Shown here piece after piece: positions 53,701 through 64,000 of a DNA stretch of 64,000 nt. Where the stretch lies: the NCBI GenBank assembly GCA_963778655.1, contig CAVZVA010000002.1:608001-672000 (forward strand). The letters are read 5' to 3'. Every line of letters starts with the position of its first letter. Position 1 is the first letter of the stretch. The notes under the pieces were generated by a model, which searched no databases, was not told the DNA's origin, and saw only the letters and a program-made list of their open reading frames with translations. The translations under genes and the position numbers were made by a program. The DNA comes from an uncultured delta proteobacterium. GTDB taxonomy: Bacteria > Myxococcota_A > Polyangia > Polyangiales > JAFGIB01.

Positions 53701-54231
53701 TCAGCGGCCGGCGCGGGTGAGCGTCATGTTCGCCGGGTGCGGCATCTTCTTGCCCTTCTCCCGCATCTTGTCCATGTCGTATTTCGACGGACAGCGTGGG
53801 ATGAGCTGATCGGCCAAGAAGAAGCCGTCGCCGGTCAGCCGGCCCTGCACGGTGACCTTCAACCCAACGCCGTCCTTGAAGGTGTCCGGCACGATGCACT
53901 GCGGAAAGCGCACCGGCATCTCCTTGCCCTTGCTCCCGATCACGAAGCGCCACTCGCAAGGGCTCTCCTTGAACTTGATCGAGCCCTGCTTGAGATCACC
54001 TTCGACGCGCACGGTGCGGTGCTGGTAGCTCGCCGGGTCGCGCATCACCTCGTCGACCAGCTTCGAGTACACGAACGCGTCCTGGGCCGTGGTGCTGAAC
54101 CAGAGCAGCGCGAGCGCGCCGCCCAGCATCGTGAACACGATGCCGACCTTGACCAAAGGCGAAAGGCCGCCCTGGGGCCGCCGCTCGCCGTCGCTGACCT
54201 CCACCGGCTGGAGGTGTTCCTCGCGCTCCAT
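53701..54231 (-). CDS. ccmE: Cytochrome c maturation heme chaperone, CxxxY variant
   Basis: N-terminal TM, VRVEG, IVPDTFKDG, VTVQG, RCPSKY. Confidence 0.9.
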   Translation of the reverse strand: MEREEHLQPVEVSDGERRPQGGLSPLVKVGIVFTMLGGALALLWFSTTAQDAFVYSKLVDEVMRDPASYQHRTVRVEGDLKQGSIKFKESPCEWRFVIGSKGKEMPVRFPQCIVPDTFKDGVGLKVTVQGRLTGDGFFLADQLIPRCPSKYDMDKMREKGKKMPHPANMTLTRAGR

Positions 54232-54321
54232 CTGCAACCCTCGTCTTCCTGACCACCCGCCGGGAGATCGCGTTCCGCGGTCAGTATGGCGGAGCCGGGC
54301 GGCCGCGGCCACCGCTGGACG

Positions 54322-54699
54322 TCACGAGCCGTCCCCTTCTCCCTCTTGGGGCCCGGGGGGCGGCCAGGAAATCCGGAATTCCCCGGAAGGAGAACGCACT
54401 TGTCCGACGTAGTGCTCGTACGCGTCCGCGCCGCGCTCGAAGCTCAGGATGCGCAGCCCGATGCCGCCTCGGCCCTGGTCTACGCTGGGCCGCGCCCAGC
54501 ACACTTCGACCTGGGCCACGGTGTCGAGCTCCTCGATCGTCACGCGCAGCCGGCCCTTGGCCGGCGGCGGGCTCGAAGTCCGCACGAACAGGCCCGTCTT
54601 GCTCACGTTGAGGGTCTCCGCCAGCAGGGTGAGATCGTCGCCTTCACACCAGATCTGGAGTCGGGCGGGGACTCGCTTGGAACGTCGGCGTTCGGGCAT
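54322..54699 (-). CDS. PilZ-domain protein
   Basis: RRSKR (RxxxR) and NVSKTG (NxSxxG). Confidence 0.85.
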   Translation of the reverse strand: MPERRRSKRVPARLQIWCEGDDLTLLAETLNVSKTGLFVRTSSPPPAKGRLRVTIEELDTVAQVEVCWARPSVDQGRGGIGLRILSFERGADAYEHYVGQVRSPSGEFRISWPPPGPQEGEGDGS

Positions 54700-54829
54700 G
54701 GAGCGACGCTGGCCCCCCCCAAGGGGTGAGTAGCCGCAAGGCTACCATGGCGCGGGCCCTGGCCAAACAAAGCCAAGTCCCGGCCACCCAACGAGGCGCC
54801 GTATCCCGCTCGCGCCTGAAACCGCACGC

Positions 54830-55156
54830 CTACCCAGGCATCTTGTTCAGTAGCAGGATCGCGATGACCAGCGCGTAAATGCACAGCGACTCGATCAGCG
54901 CGAGCACCAGAATCATGGGCGTGAACAGCTTGTCGGACGCGTTCGGGTTGCGGGCGATGCCGTCCAGCGCCGCAGCACCGGCACGCCCCTGGCCCACGCC
55001 GCAACCGGCCGCCGCGATGCCGATCGCCAGGCCTGCGCCGAGCGCGGCCGCCATGCCCACGTCCTGCTCGTTCGACGCCGCGCTCTGAGCCATCGCGGTC
55101 GAGGCCAGCAGCAGCGTCCCGCACAAGGACTGGAAAGAAAGCCACATCTTCTTCAT
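54830..55156 (-). CDS. atpE: ATP synthase F0 subunit c
   Basis: GVGQG, ARNP, LALIESLCIY; AAGGAG RBS. Confidence 0.96.
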   Translation of the reverse strand: MKKMWLSFQSLCGTLLLASTAMAQSAASNEQDVGMAAALGAGLAIGIAAAGCGVGQGRAGAAALDGIARNPNASDKLFTPMILVLALIESLCIYALVIAILLLNKMPG

Positions 55157-55403
55157 CGGAGTCTCCTTCAACCCGCTGTTGGGGGCATGTCGTTCGGGCC
55201 TCCGCCCGACGAAGTTCTTGGTTTAGTTTAGAGGCCTCGAGGCCGGCCGACCTGGAGCGAAGCGACCTCGCCGGAGGGTGGGGCCCCGACGGCTCTGCCG
55301 GCGGGGCGGGAGGGGCGCGTGCCCCTCCCGGTCACAAAGGCTAGCGAGGCCCAGTCTTGTCGTGTTGCAACCAGCATGTTTCGTGAATCCGAGAGTGGCC
55401 CCG

Positions 55404-56210
55404 CTAGTGCTGCTCGGGATGCTCGATCGCCATGGCGATGTAGACCGTGGACAGCATGCAGAAGACCAGCGTCTGCACGATCACGACGATGGTGCCCAGC
55501 AGATACATGGGCAGCGGCACCGGTATGAAGAACAGCGCCGCCGGCAGCAGGCCGCAGAAGATCGACAGCACCAGGTGGTCGGCGGTCATGTTGGCCATCA
55601 GACGAATCGCCAGCGAGAGCGGCCGCACGATGTGGCTGATGGTCTCGATCACGAACATCAGCAGCATCAGCGGCAGCGCCCAGATACTGATGATGGGGCC
55701 GAAGAAGTGCCTGATGTGGTGCCAACCGTTGACCTTGAGGCCGTAAATGTGGGTGGTGACGAAGATCACCGAGCTGCAGGCCAGAGTGGTGTTGAAGTTG
55801 TCGGTGGCGGGGGCGAAGCCCGGGATCAGACCGATCGCGTTGGAGATCAAGATGAAGAAGGCACAGGTGCCGATCAGCGGCAAGAAGTGCCGGGCGGCCT
55901 TGGCGCCCATCATGTCCGACATCATGCCGTAGGAGGTCTCGACCAGCAGCTCGACGAAGTTGCGAATGGTGAGCCGCCCGGGCGGCAGCAGGTTGGCGCC
56001 CGCCGAACGAATGCTGGTGTCGGTGACCACGGCGCACAGCGCGATCAACGAGAGCGTGAGCAGCGCGCCGTAGACGTGCTGGACGCCGGGTTGCTGGTGC
56101 GCGTACCAGGTCAGCCCGTCGTCGCGGAAGTGCTTGCCGAAATCCCGCAGCGCGGCCAGCAGCCGAGCGTGGAAGGGAAACAGACTGAACCAGGTCTCTC
56201 CGTGCGGCAT
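55404..56210 (-). CDS. atpB: ATP synthase F0 subunit a
   Basis: ETISHIVRPLSLAIRLMANM, VQTLVF. Confidence 0.97.
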   Translation of the reverse strand: MPHGETWFSLFPFHARLLAALRDFGKHFRDDGLTWYAHQQPGVQHVYGALLTLSLIALCAVVTDTSIRSAGANLLPPGRLTIRNFVELLVETSYGMMSDMMGAKAARHFLPLIGTCAFFILISNAIGLIPGFAPATDNFNTTLACSSVIFVTTHIYGLKVNGWHHIRHFFGPIISIWALPLMLLMFVIETISHIVRPLSLAIRLMANMTADHLVLSIFCGLLPAALFFIPVPLPMYLLGTIVVIVQTLVFCMLSTVYIAMAIEHPEQH

Positions 56211-56212
56211 GG

Positions 56213-56593
56213 TCAGCTCTCGCTCGCGGCCGGGGGCGGCGCCAACACGTGCACGAACGACCCGAGCAGGCTGCCCAGAACCAACGCGCTGAGACCAGCC
56301 GTGAAGGCCACGGGCTGGACCAGGCGCAGGTGGATCAACAAGAAGACCACGCCCATCAGCGCGCCCATCTTGACGCTCAGCAGCACGCTGAAGACGGCCT
56401 TGCGCCGCAGGCTGCCGCTGATCACGCGCGCCACGATGTAGCGCAGCGAGTACCAGTTGAGCAGCGCGACCAGCACGCCGATCGCCGAGCTCTGGGCGGG
56501 GGCACGTCCGTAGAGCGCGTAGATCACCGCGGTCATGGCCACGCCGAGGCCGAGGATGAACCACGTCAGACGCAGGGCGGCGGATTTACTCAT
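56213..56593 (-). CDS. atpI: ATP synthase protein I
   Basis: Four-TM protein directly upstream of atpB. Confidence 0.75.
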   Translation of the reverse strand: MSKSAALRLTWFILGLGVAMTAVIYALYGRAPAQSSAIGVLVALLNWYSLRYIVARVISGSLRRKAVFSVLLSVKMGALMGVVFLLIHLRLVQPVAFTAGLSALVLGSLLGSFVHVLAPPPAASES

Positions 56594-56864
56594 GGTCGCG
56601 CGAGGAGTCTTGCGTTCGCTTGCGTGCGGTTTGGTAAATGCTGCGGAACCCCGCGATCACGCCGAGGATCAAGCCAAGTAAGGTGAGGAAGGGGCGTGTC
56701 GAAAGCTTTTCATCCAGCCACCGGCCGCCGAGCAGCCCGGCGACGACCGAGAGTGCCAGCTCGATGCCGAGCGCCCCGACACGCGCAAACACCTTGAGCT
56801 GCTTGCCGCTATTGGGACCTAGCACCTGTGCGCCCACCTCCCGGGTCGAAAGCGCGGCGCCCAT
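56586..56864 (-). CDS. AtpZ/AtpI-family (ATPase gene 1) protein
   Basis: GIELALSV...GRWLDEKLST.PF...G..AGF. Confidence 0.85.
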   Translation of the reverse strand: MGAALSTREVGAQVLGPNSGKQLKVFARVGALGIELALSVVAGLLGGRWLDEKLSTRPFLTLLGLILGVIAGFRSIYQTARKRTQDSSRDHE

Positions 56865-56986
56865 TTAGCACGCACCCTTGGTAGGGTCAAGCCGTGAAAC
56901 CAGCAAGCGCGAGCCGACAAACGCGCGCTGTTTCAACTAGTTAGCTCTCATCCGGAAATGCAGCGACCCTGGGGCCGAGAGATCCA

Positions 56987-57009
56987 CAGGAAGGCGGGAA
57001 CCCGGGAGG
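56987..57009 (+). repeat. Single arm of the REP-like family
   Basis: CAGGAAGGCGGGAACCCGGGAGG downstream of hemL. Confidence 0.55.
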
Positions 57010-57033
57010 CCCGTCGGCGCCGCCGGCGAGGGC

Positions 57034-58323
57034 TCAACCGGCGACTTGGCGGAAGCTGGTGCGGGCGGCGTCGCGCGTGCGCGAGAGCACCTGATCGCCG
57101 TGCGCGGCCGACACGAAGCCGGCTTCGAACTGCGAGGGCGGCCAGTACACCCCTTGGTCGAGCATGGCGCGGTGCCAGCGGGCAAAGCGCGCGGTGTCAG
57201 AACGGGCGGCCTCGCCGAAGTTGCGGACCGCGCCCTCGCGAAAGTACGGGGTGAGCATCGAGCCCACGCGCTGCACGCGCAGCGGCACGCCGGCCTCGCG
57301 CGCCGCTTCGGCCAGGATCGCCTCCAGCTCCGCGCCGGCGCGCTCCAACCCGGCGTGGAACCCGGGCTGCGCGACCAGCGCGAGCGTGGCGCGGCCGGCG
57401 GCCATCGCCAGCGGATTGCCGCTGAGCGTGCCCGCCTGGTAGACCGGCCCGAGCGGCGCGACCCGCTGCATGATGTCGCGGCGCCCGCCGTACACCCCGA
57501 CCGGCAGCCCGCCGCCCACGACCTTGCCCAGCGTAGTCAGGTCCGGGCGGACGCCGTAGAGCTGCTGGGCGCCGCCGGGCGCGAGCCGGAAGCCGGTCAT
57601 GACTTCGTCGAAGACCAGCAGCGCGCCGCAGGCCGCGGTCAGCTCGCGCAGCCCTTGCAGAAACCCGGGCTCAGGCGGCACGCAGCCCATGTTGCCGACC
57701 ACCGGCTCGACGATCACCGCGGCGATCTCCGAGCCGCGCTGGGCCAGCAGGTCGCGGGCGGCCGGCAGATCGTTGAAGGGCAGCACCAGCGTGGTGCCGG
57801 CGATCGCGGCGGGCACGCCCGCGCTGTCGGGCTCGCCGAAGGTGGCAAGACCGCTGCCGCCCTTGACCAGCAGGTAGTCGGCGCCGCCGTGGTAGCAACC
57901 CTCGAACTTGAGCACCAAATCGCGCCCGGTGAAGCCGCGCGCGGCGCGCAGCGCGCCCATCACCGCCTCGGTGCCGCTGGAGGTGACGCGCAGCATCTCG
58001 AGCGACGGCATCGCCTGCTGAATCGCCTCGGCCAGCAGCACCTCGGCCTCGGTCGGCGCGCCATAGCTGGTGCCGAGCGCGGCCGCCTGCTGCACTGCCG
58101 ATACCACCTCGGGGTGGCTGTGCCCGGCGATCATCGGGCCCCACGAGCCCAGATAGTCGACGTAGGCGCGCTCATCGACCGAGATCAGCTCCGCCCCACG
58201 GGCCGCCTTGATGAAGATCGGCTGGCCCCCGACAGCGCGAAAGGCGCGCACGGGCGAGTTGACCCCGCCCGGCAGGATGCGACTGGCGCGCTCGAACAGG
58301 CGCTGGGAGATGGGATCGCTCAT
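57034..58323 (-). CDS. hemL: Glutamate-1-semialdehyde 2,1-aminomutase
   Basis: PGGVNSPVRAF, SGTEA, FEGCYHG, FDEVMTGFR, GKVVGGGLP, YQAGTLSGNP. Confidence 0.98.
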   Translation of the reverse strand: MSDPISQRLFERASRILPGGVNSPVRAFRAVGGQPIFIKAARGAELISVDERAYVDYLGSWGPMIAGHSHPEVVSAVQQAAALGTSYGAPTEAEVLLAEAIQQAMPSLEMLRVTSSGTEAVMGALRAARGFTGRDLVLKFEGCYHGGADYLLVKGGSGLATFGEPDSAGVPAAIAGTTLVLPFNDLPAARDLLAQRGSEIAAVIVEPVVGNMGCVPPEPGFLQGLRELTAACGALLVFDEVMTGFRLAPGGAQQLYGVRPDLTTLGKVVGGGLPVGVYGGRRDIMQRVAPLGPVYQAGTLSGNPLAMAAGRATLALVAQPGFHAGLERAGAELEAILAEAAREAGVPLRVQRVGSMLTPYFREGAVRNFGEAARSDTARFARWHRAMLDQGVYWPPSQFEAGFVSAAHGDQVLSRTRDAARTSFRQVAG

Positions 58324-58547
58324 CGCCGGCCAGCGTGCAGGCAAGCACGACCAGCCGCAAGTCGGCGTGCAGCGGCGCGCGCGCTGAACCGGCGTTCACG
58401 AAGCGGCCTGAAATAAGGCGGGGGCCCGCCGTGTTGCCACCCGTCGTAGGGGCGTGCTAACGCCGCCGCGGACTGCGGTCCCGGGCGCGCCCCGCGGAAG
58501 CCGGCCGCCAGACCGCAGCAGCCCACAAAGAGGACCGCGAGGAACGC

Positions 58548-59573
<1,026 letters not shown>

Positions 59574-59768
59574 AGCGACGAGACGAGCGGTGGAAGCGCA
59601 GTCGAGCGACAAGATGATGATCGCGGCGTACCAAACGAGCAACCGAGGGGTGAATCGCGGCTCCGCCGCAAGAGGAGAGCAGAGCTCGCGCTCCGCGTGG
59701 GGTGGGGGCTGCGCGGATTCACTCCGCGGGGGCGGGGCCGCAAGGCCGGCGTGCCGCATATTTGAACC

Positions 59769-60653
59769 ATGATCCCGCGCGAGATCGTCAAGAAGCTGCG
59801 CAAGATCGAGATCCATACTGCGCGGCTCGCCAACGACCAGCTCGTCGGCAGCTATCACTCGGTGTTCAAAGGCCGCGGCATGGCCTTCAGCGAGGTACGC
59901 CAGTACCAGCCGGGCGACGACGTGCGCTTCATCGACTGGAACGTCAGCGCGCGCATGAACGACACCTACGTCAAGGTGTTCACCGAAGAGCGCGAGATGA
60001 CGGTGATGCTGCTGATCGACCTCTCGCGTAGCCAGTGCTTCGGCTCGGTCGCCCAGCCCAAGACCGAGACCGTGGCGGAGGTCGCGGCGCTGCTCGCCTT
60101 CAGTGCGATCAAGAACAACGATCGCGTAGGGCTGATCTTGTTCACCGACCGGGTCGAGCGTTTCGTGCCGCCCAAGAAGGGCGCCGGGCACGTGATGCGG
60201 GTGGTGACCGAGATCCTGAGCGCGAAGCCGGAGCACCCGGGCACCGACATCCGCTGCGCGCTCGACCTGCTCGGCCACGTCAACAAGCGCAAGAGCGTGG
60301 TGTTCCTGATCAGCGACTTCATCGCCCAGGGCCATGAGCACGCGCTGCGCTTGAGCTCCAAGCGCCACGACCTGATCCCGATCCAGGTGGTCGACCGGCG
60401 CGAGGAGGAGCTACCCGACCTGGGGCTGGTGCTGATGGAAGATCTCGAGAGCGGCGAGCTGTTCGAAATCGACACCAGCCGCGCGAGCGCGCGAGAGGCC
60501 TACGCCACGAGCGTGGCGAAGCAGAAGGCAGCGCGCGAGCAGCTGTGGAAGCGCCTCAGCCTCGACCACCTGACGATCTACACCGATCGATCGTACGTGC
60601 GACCGATCGCCGACCTGTTCCGGCTGCGCCAGAAGCGCGAGAGGCATGGGTGA
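59769..60653 (+). CDS. DUF58 protein
   Basis: FKGRGMAF.EVRQY.PGDDVR.IDWNV, EERE, ISDF. Confidence 0.94.
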   Translation: MIPREIVKKLRKIEIHTARLANDQLVGSYHSVFKGRGMAFSEVRQYQPGDDVRFIDWNVSARMNDTYVKVFTEEREMTVMLLIDLSRSQCFGSVAQPKTETVAEVAALLAFSAIKNNDRVGLILFTDRVERFVPPKKGAGHVMRVVTEILSAKPEHPGTDIRCALDLLGHVNKRKSVVFLISDFIAQGHEHALRLSSKRHDLIPIQVVDRREEELPDLGLVLMEDLESGELFEIDTSRASAREAYATSVAKQKAAREQLWKRLSLDHLTIYTDRSYVRPIADLFRLRQKRERHG

Positions 60654-61786
60654 GCTGGAAGGCACGCAGCTGCTGGCTGGCGGTCGTGCTGGTGCTCGGC
60701 ACCTGCGCCCTGGGTGCGCACGCGCAGGCCGGCCACGCGACGGACGCGCGCGATGGCGGGGCGCGTGATGCGGGCGTCGTGGATGCGGCCACGGGCGAGC
60801 CTGAGGCGGCGAAGCTGCCTGCCGAGCATCTGCCGCTGGTCAGCGTGGAGCTCAAGCCGGGGAACAAGGTTTCGGCCGGCGATGCGCTGCAGCTCACGAT
60901 CCGTGCCGACGCCAAGGAGGGCGACGACGTCGCCGTGCCCGAGCAGTCGTTCGCGCCCTTCGAGGTGCTGCACAAGCGCGCGCGGGTCGAGCCGGCCAAG
61001 GACGGACGCCAGGGCTTCGTGTTCCAGATCGAGTTGCTTGCCGCCGAGCCCGGCAAGCACGAGATCCCCGCGCTGGAGCTGCGCGTGGTGACCAAGGCGG
61101 GCTTCGTCGGCAGCGTCAAGACCCAAGCGCTGCCGGTGACCGTCGGCTCCCTGCTGGCCAACGAGCCCAACGCCAAGCTCAAGCCGCAGACCAAGCCGGT
61201 GGTCGTGATGCAGGACGACTACCGCTTGCTGTACGTGCTGGGCGCGATCGCCGCCGCCGGGCTGATCGCGCTGCTGACGTGGTTGCTGTCGCGCTACCTG
61301 CAGCGCCGCCAGAAACCGCTGCCGCCGCCGCCGCCCCCGCGGCCACCGTGGGAGATCGCGGTGGCGAAGCTGGCCGAGCTGCGGCGGCGCCAGGCGCGCA
61401 TGCTCGAGCAGGGCAAGGCCGCGCAGTTCGTCGATGAGGTCAGCGACGTCGTGCGCGAGTACCTGGGCGGTCGCTTCGGCTTCGACGGCCTGGAGACCAC
61501 GACCGACGAGATGCTGCTGCTGCTGCGCGGACACGGCGCCAGCGCGGGCCTGTGGCAGGAGGTCTCGGCCTATCTCTCGCGCTGCGATCTGGTGAAGTTC
61601 GCCAATCTCGAGCCGGACGCCGACGAGGCCGACCTGGTGTACGCCAAGGCCCAGGACATCGTGCAGTTCAGCATGCCGCTGGGCGGCGCCCAGGCTGTGC
61701 CGCAGGGGACGCCGCAGCCCGGCTCCGCAACCGCGCCGGCACGGCCGCAGGCGCCCGCCCCGAGCGAAGAGGAGCAAGAGCCGTGA
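60650..61786 (+). CDS. Membrane protein of the bat operon (BatD/DUF4381-like)
   Basis: Signal, Ig-like region, TM helix, poly-Pro, ETTTDE, DLVKFA. Confidence 0.75.
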   Translation: MSWKARSCWLAVVLVLGTCALGAHAQAGHATDARDGGARDAGVVDAATGEPEAAKLPAEHLPLVSVELKPGNKVSAGDALQLTIRADAKEGDDVAVPEQSFAPFEVLHKRARVEPAKDGRQGFVFQIELLAAEPGKHEIPALELRVVTKAGFVGSVKTQALPVTVGSLLANEPNAKLKPQTKPVVVMQDDYRLLYVLGAIAAAGLIALLTWLLSRYLQRRQKPLPPPPPPRPPWEIAVAKLAELRRRQARMLEQGKAAQFVDEVSDVVREYLGGRFGFDGLETTTDEMLLLLRGHGASAGLWQEVSAYLSRCDLVKFANLEPDADEADLVYAKAQDIVQFSMPLGGAQAVPQGTPQPGSATAPARPQAPAPSEEEQEP

Positions 61787-62898
61787 AGCGCTTGCTGCCG
61801 CGCCTGCGCCCGGTGATCTGCACGCTGCTGCTCGCGCTGCCGATCGGCGCGCTGATCGTGCTCGCGATCGAGCAGGTCTACGAGGTCCCGCTCGAGCCCG
61901 ACAGCTTCCGCTTCGAGCGCCCGCTGGCCGCCACGCTGCTGGCCGCGGCGCTGCTGGTGCTGGTCGCGCGCGGTTACCTGCAGCGCAGGCGCAGCCCCCG
62001 GCTGCAGGTCTCGCGCGGGGCCGACCTGAAGAGCCTGGGCGGCGGCCGGCGGGTGTGGCTGGATGCGCTGCTCACCGGGCTGCGCGTGGTGGCGGTCGCG
62101 CTACTGGCGCTGGCGCTGATGGGGCCGCAGAGCATTCACGCTCGTAGCTCCACCGAGGTCGAGGGCATCGACATCGTGCTGGCGCTCGACCTCTCGCTCT
62201 CGATGCAGGCCGCCGACATCAAGCCAAACCGCTTCGACGCCACCAAGCAGGTGGTCGACGACTTCATCCAGCGCCGGCCCAACGATCGCTTGGGCGCGGT
62301 GATCTTCGGGCGCGACGCCTATACCCTGCTGCCGCTCACCACCGATCACGAAGCGCTGCGCACCATGATCTCGGAGCTGCAGCTCGGGCTGATCGACGGC
62401 CGCGGCACGGCGATCGGCAACGGTGTGGGCACCGCGCTCAACCGCCTGCGCAAGTCGACCGCCAAGAGCAAGGTCGTGATCCTGGCGACCGACGGCGAGA
62501 GCAACAGCGGCAACGTCTCGCCGATGCAGGCAGCGGAGTTCGCGCGCACGCTCGGGGTCAAGGTCTACACCATCCTGATGGGACGCTCGGGCGACGCGCC
62601 GGTGCAGACCGGCCACGACCTGTTCGGCCGGCCGGTGTTCGACCGGGGCAACTTCCCGATCAATCCGGAGCTGCTGAAGAAGGTCGCGGCGGAGACCGGG
62701 GGCGAGGCCTTCCAGGTCTCGGACCGCGAGGGCCTCGAGCGCAGCTTCCACGCCATCTTGGACAAGCTCGAGCGCTCTGAAATCGAGGACGCCGGCCGCG
62801 TGTACGGCGAGCTCTTCCCGGCGTTCGCCGTCCCCGGGCTCGGGCTGCTGCTGCTCGAGCTGCTGCTGGGCGCGCTGGTGCTGAGGAGGTGGCCTTGA
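61783..62898 (+). CDS. batA: vWA-domain protein, BatA-like
   Basis: DLSLSM MIDAS, PLTTDH, GTAIG, TDG. Confidence 0.85.
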   Translation: MKRLLPRLRPVICTLLLALPIGALIVLAIEQVYEVPLEPDSFRFERPLAATLLAAALLVLVARGYLQRRRSPRLQVSRGADLKSLGGGRRVWLDALLTGLRVVAVALLALALMGPQSIHARSSTEVEGIDIVLALDLSLSMQAADIKPNRFDATKQVVDDFIQRRPNDRLGAVIFGRDAYTLLPLTTDHEALRTMISELQLGLIDGRGTAIGNGVGTALNRLRKSTAKSKVVILATDGESNSGNVSPMQAAEFARTLGVKVYTILMGRSGDAPVQTGHDLFGRPVFDRGNFPINPELLKKVAAETGGEAFQVSDREGLERSFHAILDKLERSEIEDAGRVYGELFPAFAVPGLGLLLLELLLGALVLRRWP

Positions 62899-63956
62899 CC
62901 TGGTACGCGGGCAAGCTGCTGTGGCTGCTGTGTCTGTTGCCGTTGCTGGTGGCGGCGCCGATCGCCGCCTGGCGGCTGCGGCGCAGGGCGCGGGCGCGCT
63001 TCGGCTCGGAGGCGATGGCCGCGCAGATGATCGTGGGACGCTCGGCCGGGCTGCGCGCGACGCGTGCCGTGCTGCTGGTGCTGGGGATCGCGCTCACGAT
63101 CGTGGCGCTCGCACGGCCGCAGTACGGCAGCCGCACCAAGCTGCTGCGCAAGCGCGGGGTGGACGTGGTGGTGGCGCTCGACTTCTCCAAGAGCATGCTG
63201 GCCCAGGACGTACGCCCGAGCCGGATCGAGCGCGCCAAGGCCGAGCTCACCCAATTCATCTCCGAGCTGGGAGGCGACCGGGTCGGGATCGTGGCGTTCG
63301 CGGGCGACACCATGGAGTTCCCGATGACGGTCGACTACGCGGCCGCCACGCTGTTCTTCCGCGACCTCACGCCTTACGACATGCCGGTGGGCGGCACCGC
63401 GATCGGCCGCGCGCTGGTGGCAGCCAAGCGCCTGCTCGAGCGCAGCGACAAGGAGCAGGGCGACCCCGCAAACAAGCGCGCCAAGGTGGTGGTGCTGATG
63501 ACCGACGGCGAGGACCACGAAGGCGACCCGGTCAAGGCGGCCGAAGAGCTCAAGTCGATCGGCGCCCGCGTGTTCGTGGTGGCGGTAGGGTCGCGCAGCG
63601 GCGAGCCGATCCCCACCTACGCGGAGGACGGCACCTGGACCGGCTACATGCACGACGACCAGGGCAACACCATTCTGACCGCGCTGACCAAGGAGGGCGA
63701 GGACCAGCTCAAACAGGTGGCGAAAATCACCGGCGGCGCCTATTTCGCCGCGCGCCAGGGCAGCGTCGGGGTGGACCAGATCCGCGCGCGCATGCGTCAT
63801 ATGAAGCAGACCGAGCTCAAGGCGCGCCGGGTGACGGTCCACGAGGAGCGCTACGCGCTGGTCTTGCTGCTGGCGTTCCTCTTGATCGTGCTGGAGGCTC
63901 TGTTACCTGAAGCCTGGGCCGGCGCCGCCCGTGCCGGAAAGGACAGCCCCGCGTGA
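62889..63956 (+). CDS. batB: vWA-domain protein, BatB-like
   Basis: LARPQYG, DFSKSM, PMTVDY, TDGEDHEG. Confidence 0.85.
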   Translation: MALTWYAGKLLWLLCLLPLLVAAPIAAWRLRRRARARFGSEAMAAQMIVGRSAGLRATRAVLLVLGIALTIVALARPQYGSRTKLLRKRGVDVVVALDFSKSMLAQDVRPSRIERAKAELTQFISELGGDRVGIVAFAGDTMEFPMTVDYAAATLFFRDLTPYDMPVGGTAIGRALVAAKRLLERSDKEQGDPANKRAKVVVLMTDGEDHEGDPVKAAEELKSIGARVFVVAVGSRSGEPIPTYAEDGTWTGYMHDDQGNTILTALTKEGEDQLKQVAKITGGAYFAARQGSVGVDQIRARMRHMKQTELKARRVTVHEERYALVLLLAFLLIVLEALLPEAWAGAARAGKDSPA

Positions 63957-64000
63957 ACGCCCGCCGCACGCTGCCGATGCTGCTACTGCTCTTGCCGCTG
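63953..64000 (+). CDS. Start of next operon gene (possibly BatC-like), truncated by window
   Basis: GTGA overlap; VNARRTLPMLLLLLPL resembles a signal peptide. Confidence 0.45.
   Translation, partial: MNARRTLPMLLLLLPL

Overview
High-GC bacterial chromosome segment, very likely Myxococcota (MYXO-CTERM motif, MglA-family GTPase, MopE-type Cys/Asp repeats, kinase-sigma54 fusion, split atp operon). It is mostly housekeeping: argS (5' truncated), frameshifted gpmI, pyk, the dcw cluster (mraZ to murG, then murC-ftsQ-ftsA-ftsZ), thiL, larBC, namZ-like, pyrR-pyrB, ccmE, atpZ/I/B/E, hemL and a moxR-DUF58-bat operon. Three things stand out. (1) A 3088-aa ORF (36179-45445) looks like two surface proteins in one chain: signal peptide-vWA-Cys/Asp repeats, an INTERNAL MYXO-CTERM signal whose Arg tail runs into a second lipoprotein-like signal, then more repeats, an FGE-like domain and a P-domain. 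It lies downstream of a Ser/Thr kinase-TPR-GAF-sigma54 activator gene. (2) A cas-less CRISPR array (12 repeats, 11 spacers, type I-G-like repeat) is inserted between murG and murC, and its leader position is occupied by a truncated WYL-type HTH ORF that reads into the array. (3) An MglA-family GTPase without MglB is coupled to a soluble PocR-type histidine kinase, divergent from mraZ. No rRNA, tRNA, transposase or integrase was recognised. All calls come from motif recognition by eye, without database searches.
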